From Burkholderiales bacterium (GTDB lineage Bacteria > Pseudomonadota > Gammaproteobacteria > Burkholderiales > JBDZVW01), in assembly GCA_035700525.1 (NCBI GenBank), contig DASSON010000073.1, positions 2,266 through 66,265 of the forward strand: a DNA stretch of 64,000 nt. Direction: 5' to 3'. Position 1 is the stretch's first letter; each line of letters begins with the position of its first letter. The position numbers were made by a program, and so were the translations under genes. The notes beneath the pieces were generated by a model. The model was not told the origin of the DNA. It was given only the letters and a program-made list of their open reading frames with translations, and ran no database searches. This document shows, piece after piece, positions 21,834 to 32,600 of the stretch.

Positions 21834-21883
21834 TGTGATCCCTCCTTTTGCTTTCGTATATTTCGCTACAAGCCGCGACGATT

Positions 21884-21908
21884 ATAAGCATATTATCATA
21901 TTGCTTAT
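21884..21908. promoter_or_regulatory. AT-rich palindrome upstream of the ABC operon (Fur-box-like)
   Basis: ataagcatattatcatattgcttat. The core attatcatatt matches 9 of 11 positions of the Fur half-site attatcattat. It lies 51-75 nt upstream of the ATG at 21833. Confidence 0.3.
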
Positions 21909-22097
21909 GACAGCGGCGTCAAAACGAAACCGCTTTCAACAGACGTGGCGCGCCGTATTTTTTTCAGAAACCGTTTGATATGAGTTGCTCTGCCCCGGCG
22001 AACTCCGTGTGCCATCTATGGCAGGATGGCTCGGGTCAGGCCGGCGGAATGTCGCTGATCAGCCTCGGTAATCAACTCGATTCGGAGGCTGGGCGCA

Positions 22098-22433
22098 TTA
22101 ACGGTGATCGCCGCTTTCCGACGGCAGCATGCACTCCAGTTCCCGCAGTCGTTGTTCCAGCGCCGCGATGCGATCGAGATAGGTGAGCGCCAGCGCCATG
22201 CCCGGCAGATTGAGATCGAAATCGCTGCGCAGCCGCGACGCAGTGCGCGCCATCCGCAGACAGCGCGCGCTGAACCACGCTTCCGATCCGCTGCCGCTGC
22301 AGCTTTCAAAAATGCCGAACTCGATCAGCTCCGTCAGCTCGACTTCAGTGAGGCCTGACAATTCACGCAATTCGACGAAACTTATCCGGCTCTCTTCGTC
22401 CAGCAGCAATTCGTCATCAAAGTCGCTCATCAT
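22098..22433 (-). CDS. cbpM: chaperone modulator CbpM
   Basis: 111-aa acidic MerR-like fold protein immediately downstream of cbpA (ISFVELRELSGLTEVELTELIEFG...ALALTYLDRIAALEQRL). Confidence 0.8.
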   Translation of the reverse strand: MMSDFDDELLLDEESRISFVELRELSGLTEVELTELIEFGIFESCSGSGSEAWFSARCLRMARTASRLRSDFDLNLPGMALALTYLDRIAALEQRLRELECMLPSESGDHR

Positions 22434-22481
22434 CCTGTCCTCTCATCCATCGAGATTCGTCGCCTATCATTCGAATGCCCG

Positions 22482-23426
22482 CTACGACCAGCGCTTGCGC
22501 GGATTGAAATCGGACGCATCGCGCAAACGCTCGTACAGCCCGCGTTCCGCATCCGACAGCGCCTGCGGCACCGCGATCTGCAGCAGTGCATAAAGGTCGC
22601 CGGCACCCGCGTTACCGGGTTTCGGCAGCCCGCGTCCGGCAATGCGCAATTTCTGCCCGCTCCGCGCGCCGGCCGGAATCTTCACGCGCACCCGACCGTC
22701 GAGCGTCGGCACTTCGGCCGACGTGCCGAGCGCCGCTTCCCATGGCGCAATCGGAACGTCGATGTAAAGATCGTGGCCGTGCGGCTTGAACAGCGGATGC
22801 GGCTTCAGACGAATCGACAGATACAGCGCGCCCGCCGGGCCGCCGTTCATGCCCGGTCCGCCCTTCCCCGGCACGCGCATGCGCTGGCCGTCGGTCACAC
22901 CTTTCGGAATGCGCACGCGTATCGTTTTCGCCTGCCGCGTCAGCCGCCCCTGCGCGTCGACCTCCGGTACCTGCAGATGCAGCTCCGCCTCGGTTCCGCG
23001 GTTGGCCTCGTCGAGCGTCAGATCGATCGCCGCCTCGTAGTCCTCGCCGCGCATCTTGAACTGCGCTCCGCCCGCCGCGTGGCGACCGCCGAACATCTGC
23101 GCCAGAAATTCCGCGAGGTCGGCCTCCGACATGCCCCCGTCATTGAATTGCTGTCCCGACGCATACTGCTGTTCCCAGCCGGGCGGCGGTCTGAAATCCT
23201 GCCCCGGCTGATAGCTGCTGCCGAGATTGTCGTACGCCGCGCGCTTTTCGGGATCCTTCAGCACTTCGTACGCTTCGCCGACTTCCTTGAAGCGTTCCTC
23301 GGCATCCTTTTCCTTCGAGACGTCGGGATGGTACTTGCGTGCCAGCCGCCGATACGCTTTCTTGATATCGTCAGCCGACGCGTCGCGCTCGACGCCGAGA
23401 GTCTTGTAATAGTCCTGATATTTCAT
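22482..23426 (-). CDS. cbpA: curved-DNA-binding protein CbpA (DnaJ-class co-chaperone)
   Basis: J domain [37 protein letters not shown], no Zn finger, C-terminal DnaJ substrate domains. Confidence 0.9.
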   Translation of the reverse strand: MKYQDYYKTLGVERDASADDIKKAYRRLARKYHPDVSKEKDAEERFKEVGEAYEVLKDPEKRAAYDNLGSSYQPGQDFRPPPGWEQQYASGQQFNDGGMSEADLAEFLAQMFGGRHAAGGAQFKMRGEDYEAAIDLTLDEANRGTEAELHLQVPEVDAQGRLTRQAKTIRVRIPKGVTDGQRMRVPGKGGPGMNGGPAGALYLSIRLKPHPLFKPHGHDLYIDVPIAPWEAALGTSAEVPTLDGRVRVKIPAGARSGQKLRIAGRGLPKPGNAGAGDLYALLQIAVPQALSDAERGLYERLRDASDFNPRKRWS

Positions 23427-23587
23427 GCCTGATTATCTTTTTCTGATCATGGCCATTATAAGAGCCGATGACAAAACGGGGGGCTCTCGTTATTTTTCCC
23501 CTCCTCGAATGAGGAGGGGTGGCCGCGTAGCGGACGGGGTGGTACGCAACGCTTGAAAAGACCACCCTCCCGTTTCACTGCTGTTCA

Positions 23588-24829
23588 TTACGGCCTGCGA
23601 AAAACAGCAATCCGGTTCGAGTTGGTGCCGGCACGGTTGTTCACCACACCCCAGATGTTCGCCGTCTTTGTGAACCGCTGGGTATTGATCAGCACCGCCT
23701 CGCAATGGAAGCCCGCACGGATACCGAGCGGCACGACGTAGTCTTCGAGCCTGATTTTCCCGTTGCGTATCTCGCCCACCTCGAACGCGACCACACCACC
23801 GCCGCGCGTCACCCGGAACAGCTCGTCGAACACCCGCCCCATCGCCGCGCACCAGGCGTCGATCGTCCGCGCCATCGTGATCCGCGGCGCAATCTCATCG
23901 AGCGGCAGATCATTGAACCAGCACCGCAGCCAGTTATCATCCGTGTACTGAACGATATCGAGAAACGGCGGTGACGTCACGGTGAGATCAACATGCCCGT
24001 CCGGAATCGTACTGGTACTGCCGGCATCACCGGTGAGAAACATCGCACTCGCTGCCGCGGCTTTCAATTTTACGGTATCGTCGCAGCTCACGTTGCGCAG
24101 CAACCGCTGCGTCTTTTTCAGAATGATCGCTTTCGTGTCACGGTATTCCGGCGTCTGTCCGCGCCGCCGATTGATCCTGGTCTGACTTGCGGCACTGACT
24201 GCCTGATTCGGTGGAAACGTGTACACCGAAAAAAAACCCGGCGAATGTCCGGTCAGCCGGTTGGTCGCGATCATCCTGATCCACGCATCGATCGCGTCCT
24301 CTGCACCAGAATCGCGACGGTCCCGGAGATAGCTCCGCAGCCACGCGACTTCGGATGCAGTGCGTGTCTCGTAAAACATCGACAGATCGCGATCCGGGTG
24401 GACATTCGGATCGTAGTCAAACATCTGCAGGCGGGCAGCCATTTCACCAGAATCAGGAACATCGAGACGCGCGCGCGCCAGAATCATCGACAGCGGATTC
24501 GCGTCATTCGCAACGATGCGCCGTCCCGACAATGCTGCCTCGATGATCGTCGTTCCGCGGCCGCTGAACGGATCGTAAACGATGTCGCCTTCCGCAGTAA
24601 AACGCCTGATGAAATACGCCGGCAACTGCGGCTTGAAGCACGCGCGGTACGATATTTCATGAAGGCTCGACGCCCGCCGCTGCCCCGCTGTCCAGAATTC
24701 GCCGACGACCCGACGGACGGAGTGACCACCGATATCGACACGGTTGGACACCAGCGCCGGCGCGCGAGCCGTTTTTGAAGCGCTCTCCGCATCCCGCACC
24801 AGATCTGAGTCGAATTCCATTGTAGCCAT
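23588..24829 (-). CDS. site-specific DNA methyltransferase (N4-C or N6-A type), orphan
   Basis: AdoMet motif I VYDPFSGRGTTIIEA near residue 95 and catalytic motif IV LTVTSPPF near residue 300. This is the alpha-class order (I, target-recognition region, IV). Confidence 0.85.
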   Translation of the reverse strand: MATMEFDSDLVRDAESASKTARAPALVSNRVDIGGHSVRRVVGEFWTAGQRRASSLHEISYRACFKPQLPAYFIRRFTAEGDIVYDPFSGRGTTIIEAALSGRRIVANDANPLSMILARARLDVPDSGEMAARLQMFDYDPNVHPDRDLSMFYETRTASEVAWLRSYLRDRRDSGAEDAIDAWIRMIATNRLTGHSPGFFSVYTFPPNQAVSAASQTRINRRRGQTPEYRDTKAIILKKTQRLLRNVSCDDTVKLKAAAASAMFLTGDAGSTSTIPDGHVDLTVTSPPFLDIVQYTDDNWLRCWFNDLPLDEIAPRITMARTIDAWCAAMGRVFDELFRVTRGGGVVAFEVGEIRNGKIRLEDYVVPLGIRAGFHCEAVLINTQRFTKTANIWGVVNNRAGTNSNRIAVFRRP

Positions 24830-24989
24830 ACTCGAATTTCGTTTTTTCGTTTCCCGGTGGACGGAACAACTGCTACGGGAAAACGTAATGCATGTTATCG
24901 GATTCGTTCAACAATGCCCATCAACCCATCGCAACAGGCGTCCCGGCACGAGCCGGAGCCACGGGCAAAATTGCTATAATCGGCGTGAC

Positions 24990-25065
24990 GCCCCGGTAGC
25001 TCAGGGGATAGAGCAACCCCCTCCTAAGGGGTAGGTCGGACGTTCGATTCGTCTCCGGGGCGCCA
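24990..25065 (+). tRNA. tRNA-Arg (anticodon CCT)
   Basis: Hand-folded cloverleaf: acceptor GCCCCGG/CCGGGGC, D stem GCTC/GAGC, anticodon stem ACCCC/GGGGT with loop CTCCTAA, T arm GGACG-TTCGATT-CGTCT, encoded CCA. TATAAT at 24975-24980. Confidence 0.95.
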
Positions 25066-25134
25066 AATCAGTTTACACCGATACCCATCCGCCGCGCCGC
25101 AATAAGCCGGCATGTCAACACTCAGACAACCACG

Positions 25135-26061
25135 ATGACAATCAAATTCGAAGGTGTTTACCCTATTCTCGCAACACCGTTCCACGACGATGAAAGCCTC
25201 GATCTCGAGTCGTTCACCCACATGATCAAGTTCATGGCCGACATCGGAGTCGACGGCATCACGGTGCTCGGCGTGCTCGGCGAATCGAACCGCATGCTGG
25301 ATCACGAACGTGAAACATTGATCAAGGCCGCCGTGAATGCCGCCGCGGGACGCATGCCGGTGATCGTCGGCGTCAGTCACCCGGGGACCCATGCCACCGT
25401 GCAGCTCTCGCAGATGGCACAGTCGTCAGGCGCCGCGGCAGTGATGATCGCACCGTCGCAGGAAGCCGTGCCGTCCGACGAGCGCGTCTTCGAATATTTC
25501 CGCCGCGTGGCGCACGCGGTCTCGATTCCGATCGTCGCACAGGATCACCCGGCGTCCACCCACGTCCACTTGCCGCTGCCACTGCTGCTGCGGCTGGTCG
25601 ATGAAATTCCGCAGATCGTTTGCATCAAGGAAGAAGCACCGCCAACACCGGCACGGATCGCCACGCTCATCGGCGGCATGAAGAAGCGGCGCGTGCCGAT
25701 ATTGACGGGACTCGGCTCGCTTTATGGCCTGTTCGATCTCGAACGCGGATCGAGCGGTTTCAATACCGGTTTCGCATTTCCGGAAGCACTGATCGCGATG
25801 GTGAAAGCGACCAAGGGTGGCCGCACTGACGCTGCACGCCGGATTTACAGCCGCTTCCTGCCGCTGATCGTGTTCGAACAGCAGCCCGGCGTCGCGATCC
25901 GCAAGGAAGTGCTGCGACTGCGCGGACTGATCGCATCCAACCGCCTGCGCCATCCCGGCACCGGCATCACGTCCGAAACCGCGCAGCAACTGAAAAGCGT
26001 GATCGAAGCGGTGCTGCCGGGCGTGGATATCACGCAGCCCATCAAGGCGGACCCTTCATGA
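25135..26061 (+). CDS. dihydrodipicolinate synthase/N-acetylneuraminate lyase family aldolase
   Basis: GVYPILATPF...GVDGITVLGVLGE...VCIKEE (Schiff-base Lys context); 308 aa. Confidence 0.85.
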   Translation: MTIKFEGVYPILATPFHDDESLDLESFTHMIKFMADIGVDGITVLGVLGESNRMLDHERETLIKAAVNAAAGRMPVIVGVSHPGTHATVQLSQMAQSSGAAAVMIAPSQEAVPSDERVFEYFRRVAHAVSIPIVAQDHPASTHVHLPLPLLLRLVDEIPQIVCIKEEAPPTPARIATLIGGMKKRRVPILTGLGSLYGLFDLERGSSGFNTGFAFPEALIAMVKATKGGRTDAARRIYSRFLPLIVFEQQPGVAIRKEVLRLRGLIASNRLRHPGTGITSETAQQLKSVIEAVLPGVDITQPIKADPS

Positions 26062-26235
26062 TGGCGTGACGGCGACAAGCCGCTGCTCGCCGCGGCACGC
26101 GGTGCACGATTCCGCGCGCTCGACGCGATGGAAGAATCGAACCTTCTCATGTGTTACCGTATCTGATACCCAGAGCGAAGCACCCTGTCACATCGGGCGC
26201 GGCCGCCCGCGCCCGCTTTAGCGAAAGGAGCTGAA

Positions 26236-26709
26236 ATGGAAACCGGTCTTGCTTCCGCCGCACCGCAGGAAAATCCGATTTTGCGTCAGGTTGTTGCCGG
26301 GTTCGTGGCCGGCTTCGTCGCGGTTCTTCTGTTTCACCAGGGAATGGCAACGATTCTCAATGCGGCGCACTTCGGAACCATCAGGGAATTCCCGACAGGT
26401 TTGACCCACCCGTTTGGCGTGCCGAAGATCTGGTCGCTGGCATTCTGGGGCGGAATCTGGGGAATCGTTTTGGCGCTGATTTTCCTCCGGTTCCCGCAAG
26501 GCGCCGGTTACTGGATCGGCGCGCTGGTCTTCGGAGCGATCGCGCCGTCACTGGTGGCATGGCTGGTGGTGGCGCCGCTGCACGGCCAGCCGGCGGGCCA
26601 CGGCTGGCATGCCGTCGGCGTGATCACCGGGCTGCTGGTGAATGGCGCGTGGGGTATTGGAACCGCGTGGATACTGAACCGCATGATGCGGCCCTTGGCG
26701 TTGCGTTGA
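26236..26709 (+). CDS. hypothetical integral membrane protein
   Basis: 157 aa with about four hydrophobic helices; RBS AAAGGAG is 6 nt upstream. Confidence 0.55.
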   Translation: METGLASAAPQENPILRQVVAGFVAGFVAVLLFHQGMATILNAAHFGTIREFPTGLTHPFGVPKIWSLAFWGGIWGIVLALIFLRFPQGAGYWIGALVFGAIAPSLVAWLVVAPLHGQPAGHGWHAVGVITGLLVNGAWGIGTAWILNRMMRPLALR

Positions 26710-27067
26710 CAGTTCGTCAGCTTCATCGGTCGAGTTAGCCCGAAGGGCTTGCGCGGCACCCTTGTTGTTGAGCCACACTCGAGTGGACCGTTTCCTCGGG
26801 GTTGAACGCCCAGTACGGCGGGACTCCGGGGCGCCGGCCAGTCTGCCCTCGTTGTTCGGACTGCCCCCGCTATCTCCTATCGCCCGCATGCCTCGCGAGG
26901 TGCCAGGCGACGAGCTTCGTTCTGATGAACGTGGCGGCCGTTGCGATGACGACACAAGCCATCAGCGCAACGAACACTGCGCCCACGTCGACCAGCGCTT
27001 CCAGCGCGAGAAGCTGAATATCGGACAGAGCGTTCAGGTTCATTTCGGGGGGGACCCGTCCCCTCGA

Positions 27068-27391
27068 TCACACCGGATTCGTCCCGGGATAGCCGACGTC
27101 GCCCGGGTTTTCGGCGGTATTGACGAGGTAGGCAGTGCACGGTATCAGGTCATGCGCGATGCGTTCCTTGACATACAGGTCGTAGAATGCCCGCGCCTGA
27201 ACGGCAAATTGAAACGGGCCGATGCAATGATCCTTCGGATGCCCGAAGCGGGTGACATGCCGTCGTATGACTATGTAGTGGCCGGGCGCCAGCATTTTTC
27301 TGTCGACGACCCGATAATTGCGTTCGACGCCAGGCGAAGCCAGCACCGCGCTGGCTTCGCTGACAGTAACGGAAGTGGTCGATAGCGTCAT
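27068..27391 (-). CDS. hypothetical protein (107 aa), second gene of the Spy/ZraP-like operon
   Basis: ATG at 27391 preceded by AGGAGA, 13 nt after the upstream stop. No recognisable motif. Confidence 0.5.
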   Translation of the reverse strand: MTLSTTSVTVSEASAVLASPGVERNYRVVDRKMLAPGHYIVIRRHVTRFGHPKDHCIGPFQFAVQARAFYDLYVKERIAHDLIPCTAYLVNTAENPGDVGYPGTNPV

Positions 27392-27404
27392 GGGCGTCTC
27401 CTGA

Positions 27405-27986
27405 TCACCATCTGCCGCCGTGGTCATGTTCCTGGTGTTTGCCATGCCGCCAGTCGTGGTTGGGTCTTTGCAGACGATCCAGCATGAACTGCCGCACCTG
27501 CCCCTGCTGGCCGGCATCCAGGCTGGCATAGAACGCGATCCACTGGTCACGAATTTCATCGCGCACCTGCTGTTGCTGCGATCGCTCCTGATCCATCTGG
27601 TTCGCCAGCGCCTTGAGGTCCACCTGCGGATCACGCAGTTTCTGGATTAGGGTCTGCCGCATCTGCTTGTCGATGTCGCGCTGCTTCATCATGCCCTGCT
27701 TCATTGTGGCGCGGGCTTTCCGCCACAGTGCTTCCTGATTCGCGTTAAGCTTGAGATCGTTATGCAGCCGGCCGAAAACGCTGCGGTGATGCCAGCGGTG
27801 GTGATGCGCCGGCATCGCCGGCGCGGAAGTCGACGCGGACGACGCGGCGGAACCGGAAGCAGAGGAGGAAGCCGCCGTCCCCGGCTCCGCCGCGCCAGCG
27901 GCCGGCATCACGAATGCCGCCACAGGCACAAGCGTCGATGCCGCCAGACAAACTGCCGTAGCCCATTTTGCGTTAATCCTGTTCAT
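27405..27986 (-). CDS. periplasmic Spy/CpxP/ZraP-family protein with His-rich ends
   Basis: Signal peptide, LKLNANQEALW (LTxxQ-like) helix, MPAHHHRWHHRS segment and C-terminal HDWRHGKHQEHDHGG. Start trimmed to the ATG at 27986 (RBS GGGAGAA). Confidence 0.7.
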   Translation of the reverse strand: MNRINAKWATAVCLAASTLVPVAAFVMPAAGAAEPGTAASSSASGSAASSASTSAPAMPAHHHRWHHRSVFGRLHNDLKLNANQEALWRKARATMKQGMMKQRDIDKQMRQTLIQKLRDPQVDLKALANQMDQERSQQQQVRDEIRDQWIAFYASLDAGQQGQVRQFMLDRLQRPNHDWRHGKHQEHDHGGRW

Positions 27987-28175
27987 CTGCGTTCTCCCGT
28001 GGTTGATTGGGACGCGAACATTGTGCGCGCGGCTCAGTTTCTTAATTGTTTCCGCCAAGCATAGTTTGTTACAGATTGTTTCGCAGCCAACTGTCTTGAT
28101 GGGAGCGGGCTAAAATGCCGGCTGGGCTTTTCGGGAGAGAAATCCGGTGTCGCGTTCGCGGCGCTGGTCGCGTTG

Positions 28176-28343
28176 ATGACTGAACCCGTAGCACAGAAGA
28201 TCTTCGTTATTGACGACGACGCGGAGACGCGCCGGCGGATGGCAGCCTGTCTCGGTTGGCACGGCTGCGGGACTCTAGTTGTCGCACCGGTTCGACTGTT
28301 CGAGCTGATGGCCCCGCTTCGGAATGACCGGAGAGTCGCATGA
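28176..28343 (+). pseudogene. truncated response-regulator receiver domain (first ~50 residues only)
   Basis: Own translation gives MTEPVAQKIFVIDDDAETRRRMAACLGWHGCGTLVVAPVRLFELMAPLRNDRRVA*. The KIFVIDDD...R..L pattern is a receiver N-terminus, and the ORF stops 73 nt before the efflux MFP start. Confidence 0.35.
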
Positions 28344-28415
28344 TTAACCATGCGCCTCATTCATCGGAAAGCCGGCGCGGGCAATGTGGCTGTACCTATT
28401 GACGCACTCACTCTC

Positions 28416-29597
28416 ATGAAAAACTTTGTTTGGCGCGCTGCACCCTGGTGTCTGGCACTGTTGTTGGCGGCCTGCGGCGCGAGCAGGGGCCAGGCGCCGA
28501 CATCATCGCCGCCGCTGGTTGGGGTGGTGACCGCGCACGCGCAGAACGTGCCGCTGGTCAAGAATCTGGTGGGGCGCCTGTCCGCATTCCGCAGTGCGGA
28601 CGTGAATGCCCGAGTCGCGGGGGTACTGCTTAAGCGTGCTTACGTCGAAGGCAGCGAAGTGAAGAAAGGACAGCTGCTGTTCGAGATTGATCCACCCCCC
28701 CTGAAAGCGGCGCTGGCCAGCGCCGAGGCACAACTGGCAAAAGACCAGGCCATCCTTGGCCAGGCGCGGGTGGACTTCGCGCGCTACCAGCGGCTGTACC
28801 AGCAAAAATCGATTGCCGAACAGATCTACACCGACCAGAAATTCCTGGTACAGCAAGACGAAGCGACAGTGAAGGTGGATCAGGCCAGCGTGCAAACCGC
28901 GCGCATCAATCTGGGCTACGCCTACGTCACTTCGCCCATAGACGGCCGTGCCGGCCAACAGCAGGTCACCGAGGGCGCCCTCGTGGGCCAGGGCTCCGCA
29001 ACCTTGCTCACGACGGTGAGCCAGCTGGACCCGCTATACGTCAACTTTACCATCAGCGTAAACGATCTCAACGAATTGCAGACAGCTGCGGAACGTGGTG
29101 ACATCCAGCTCACTGAGCCCAACAAGACCACGGTCAAGGTCACGCTGCCGGATGGCACCCCGTACACCGAGCCTGGCACGGTGGACTTTTCTGCACCCAC
29201 GGTCGATCCCTCCACCGGATCGGTCACTTTGCGTGCGCTATTGCCAAACCCGAAGTTCAGGCTGCTTCCGGGTACTTACGTCACTCTACGAATGGCGCTG
29301 GGTGAACGCCACAACGCGTTCCTGATTCCGCAACCTGCCGTGCAGCGCGACATCACGGGTACTTACGTGCTGGTGGTTGACAAGGACGGCAAGGTCACAC
29401 ACCGCAACGTGACCACGGACGGCATGCGAGGGGTCGACTGGGTCGTCACTTCCGGTGTGGCCGCGGGCGATCAGATAATCGTTTCAGGGTTGCAGACGGT
29501 ACAGATCGGCGCGCAAGCCAAAACGGAGCCCTGGCAGCCGCCGGCATCGGCCGCAAAGGCAACGGGCGCTGCAGCCGCAGCCTCTGACAGCAAGTAG
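28416..29597 (+). CDS. RND efflux periplasmic adaptor (MFP), lipoprotein
   Basis: Lipobox LLLAAC-G. The AcrA/MexA-like pattern includes ARVAGVLLKRAYVEGSEVKKGQLLFEIDP. Start trimmed to the ATG at 28416. Confidence 0.9.
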   Translation: MKNFVWRAAPWCLALLLAACGASRGQAPTSSPPLVGVVTAHAQNVPLVKNLVGRLSAFRSADVNARVAGVLLKRAYVEGSEVKKGQLLFEIDPPPLKAALASAEAQLAKDQAILGQARVDFARYQRLYQQKSIAEQIYTDQKFLVQQDEATVKVDQASVQTARINLGYAYVTSPIDGRAGQQQVTEGALVGQGSATLLTTVSQLDPLYVNFTISVNDLNELQTAAERGDIQLTEPNKTTVKVTLPDGTPYTEPGTVDFSAPTVDPSTGSVTLRALLPNPKFRLLPGTYVTLRMALGERHNAFLIPQPAVQRDITGTYVLVVDKDGKVTHRNVTTDGMRGVDWVVTSGVAAGDQIIVSGLQTVQIGAQAKTEPWQPPASAAKATGAAAAASDSK

Positions 29598-29610
29598 CCG
29601 GAATTCCCCC

Positions 29611-32600
29611 ATGTCGAATTTCTTTATCGATCGGCCCATTTTTGCATGGGTGATCGCGATTCTGATCATGCTGGGCGGCGTGCTGGCGATCGGCGATCTC
29701 GGCGTGCAGTCGTACCCGAATATCGCGCCACCGCAAGTTTCGATTGTCGCCCGCTATCCCGGTGCCAGCTCCAGCACGGCCGAAGGCTCGGTGACGGAAG
29801 TGATCGAGCAACAACTCACCGGTATCGACAACTTGCTGTACTTCAATTCGTCCACGAGCTCCAATGGTCGTGTACAGATCACCCTGACGTTCAAGCCCGG
29901 CACCAACCCCGACATCGCTGCGGTGCAGACGCAGAACCAGGTCTCGCGGGCCGAACCGCTGTTACCGCCGGAAGTGCTGGCACAAGGCATTGTTGTCGCC
30001 AAGGCTAACCCGGACACGTTGATGGCCATTGGGCTGCGCTCGGACAACCCCGCCATCAACCGGGATCGTCTGAACGACATCGTCGCTTCGCAGGTGCTGA
30101 ATCCGATTTCACGCATCAACGGCGTCGGGACCACGCGGCAGTTCGGCGCCGAATACGCGATGCGCATCTGGTTGAACCCGGAGAAAATGCATGGCTACGG
30201 CCTGTCAGCGACCGACGTGATCGACGCGTTGCAAGCGCAGAACATTCAAGTAGCGGCTGGCACGCTGGGTGCGGACCCGGCCGTCAAAGGTTGGGGCTTC
30301 ACCGCCAACGTAGCCGGAGAGGGTCTGTTTTCGACGCCGGAGCAGTTTCTCAACATCATCCTGCGTGCCAATTCCGATGGCACCGTGGTGAAACTCGGGG
30401 ATATCGCAACCGCGGACTTCGGGCCGCAAAACTACGGCTTCGACACCGTCTACGACGGCAAGCCGATCGGAGCATTCGCGATCCAGACTCTGCCCGGTGC
30501 CAACGGCCTCGCTGTCGCGAAGGCGGTGCGTGCCGAGATGGCGAAGCTGCAGGTGGGCTTCCCGGAAGGAGTGAGTTGGTTCGTTCCCTATGACACCACC
30601 ACCTTCATCAAGATTTCGATCCGGGATGTGTTGACGACGCTGGTCGAGGCATTGGTGCTGGTGTTCCTGGTGATGCTGGTCTTCTTGCAGAACTTCCGCG
30701 CCACCATCATTCCGGCCATCGTGATCCCGGTGGCGCTGCTGGGAGCGTTCATCGGCATGGATGCGCTTGGGTTCACCGTCAACCAGCTCAGCTTGTTCGG
30801 CATGGTGATGGCGATCGGCATCGTCGTGGACGACGCGATCGTCGTGATCGAGAACATCGAGCGCATCATGACCGAGCAGGGCTTGTCGCCCAAGGAGGCC
30901 GCTCGCAAGGGGATGAAGGAAATCACGGGCGCCGTGGTTGCCATTACTGCAGTGCTGTTGGCGGTGTTCGTGCCTTCGGCGCTGCAGTCGGGCTCGACTG
31001 GCATCATCTATCGTCAGTTTGCCTTGACGATCGCGGTGTCGATGTTCTTCTCGGCGTTTCTTGCACTGACTTTCACGCCGGCTCTGTGCGCAAGCTACCT
31101 GAAACCGGAACACGAACGCAAAAAGAATGTTCTGTTTCGCAAGTTCAACGACCTGTTCGGCTGGACGCATCGCACCTACATCGGCCACGTGGGTCACGCC
31201 GTGCACCATGCTCCGCGCTGGATGATGGTGTTCGTCGTGGTCGCGGTGACGGCTGGATTCCTTTACGTCAAGTTACCGGGCAGTTTCCTGCCGCAGGAAG
31301 ACCAGGGCTACCTGCTGGCGATGGTGCAATTGCCCCCGGGCGCGACCAAGCAACGCAGCGAAGCGGTGATGAATCAGGTATGGGGCGTATTCCAGAAGGA
31401 TCCCGAGATTGCGCACATGATGCAAATCATTGGCTTCAGCCCGGTCGGCTCGGGTGAAAACAACGGCATGGCGTTCATTCAGTTGACGGACTGGAGCAAG
31501 CGCAAGCTCTCTGCCGAACAATTGATTCCACGGCTGAACGCGCAGCTACGCAAAGACATCCGCGATGCGTCGATCGTCGTCGTCAATCTGCCCACGGTGC
31601 ACGGCCTCGGGCAGTTCGGCGGTTTCGACATGTATTTGGAAGATACCGGCGGCCTCGGGCGCACGGCGCTCGACCAGGCGCTCAAAACGGTGCGGGCCAA
31701 GGCCAGGGGAGACAAGGTGCTGGTCAATGTGCGGGCCAACCAGTTGCCGCCGGCGCCGCAGCTCGATTTCAATATTGATCGCGTGCAGGCGGCCTCAATG
31801 GGACTCTCGGCGACCGATGTGGCCAATGCAGCCAGCTTGATGCTCGCGCCCACCCAGGTCGGGCAGATGTTTGCCGAGGGACGCGTCAAGTTCGTGATGT
31901 TGCAGGCAGACGCGCCGTACCGCATGAGCCGCTCGGCATTCAACGATTTTTACACGCCCAGCAGCACACGGAAGAATCCGGACGGCACGCCGGCGATGAT
32001 TCCGATTTCAAGCGTGATCAAGAGTCACTGGGACCTCGTTTCGCCATCACTCTCACGTTTCAACGGGAATCCGGCGATCGAGGTGGTGGGTGATGCCGCC
32101 CCCGGTTTTGCGTCGGGCCAGGCGATGGATGCGATGCAGAACATCGTGGCGCGCGACCTGCCGCATGGCTTCGGCTTCGACTGGGCCGGTGAGTCGTTTC
32201 AGGAAGCTGCGTCGAGCAGCGGTGCCCCCATGCTGATGGCCTTGTCCATTCTGGTGGTGTTTCTGGCGCTTGCAGCCTTGTACGAGAGCTGGTCGGTGCC
32301 GGTTGCGGTGCTACTGATCGTGCCGCTTGCGCTGCTTGGCACCGTACTGTTCACGATGGGGCGCGGCCTTGCCAACGACGTGTTCTTCAAGATCGGCCTG
32401 GTGACGGTGATCGGCCTGGCTGCCAAGAACGCCATTCTGATCATTGAGTATGCCGTCGCGGCACAGGAGGAAGGGAAGACTCTGCGCGAAGCGGTCCTGA
32501 CCGCGGCACGACTGCGCTTCCGCCCCATCTTGATGACCTCGTTCGCGTTCATGCTTGGCGTGTTCCCGCTCTTTATTTCCACCGGTGCCGGCGCCAATGC

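Noticed and set aside
23498-23519. Strong hairpin cccctcctc-gaat-gaggagggg between the methyltransferase gene and cbpA, considered as an intrinsic terminator.
   Set aside because: The T-run precedes the stem on the plus strand, so it reads as an A-run after the stem on the minus strand. Neither orientation gives stem-plus-U-tract, and both flanking genes are on the minus strand. Kept only as an unexplained hairpin.
26824-26835. The 12-nt string ctccggggcgcc is identical to the 3' end of tRNA-Arg (25053-25064). It was considered as an attR-like repeat bounding a 1.8-kb islet.
   Set aside because: The match is only 12 nt in GC-rich DNA. There is no integrase, and the enclosed genes (a DapA-family aldolase and a membrane protein) are not island-like. 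Chance cannot be excluded without genome comparison.
26870-27043. A 57-aa single-TM ORF (MNLNALSDIQLLALEALVDVGAVFVALMACVVIATAATFIRTKLVAWHLARHAGDRR) downstream of the 107-aa gene.
   Set aside because: It has no RBS, and a GGGGAC-cc-GTCCCC hairpin sits immediately before its ATG. The evidence is too weak to call it a gene.
28034-28360. 108-aa minus-strand ORF spanning the ZraP-like upstream region.
   Set aside because: It has no motifs or RBS, and it overlaps the promoter region and the plus-strand receiver-domain fragment, which has recognisable similarity.
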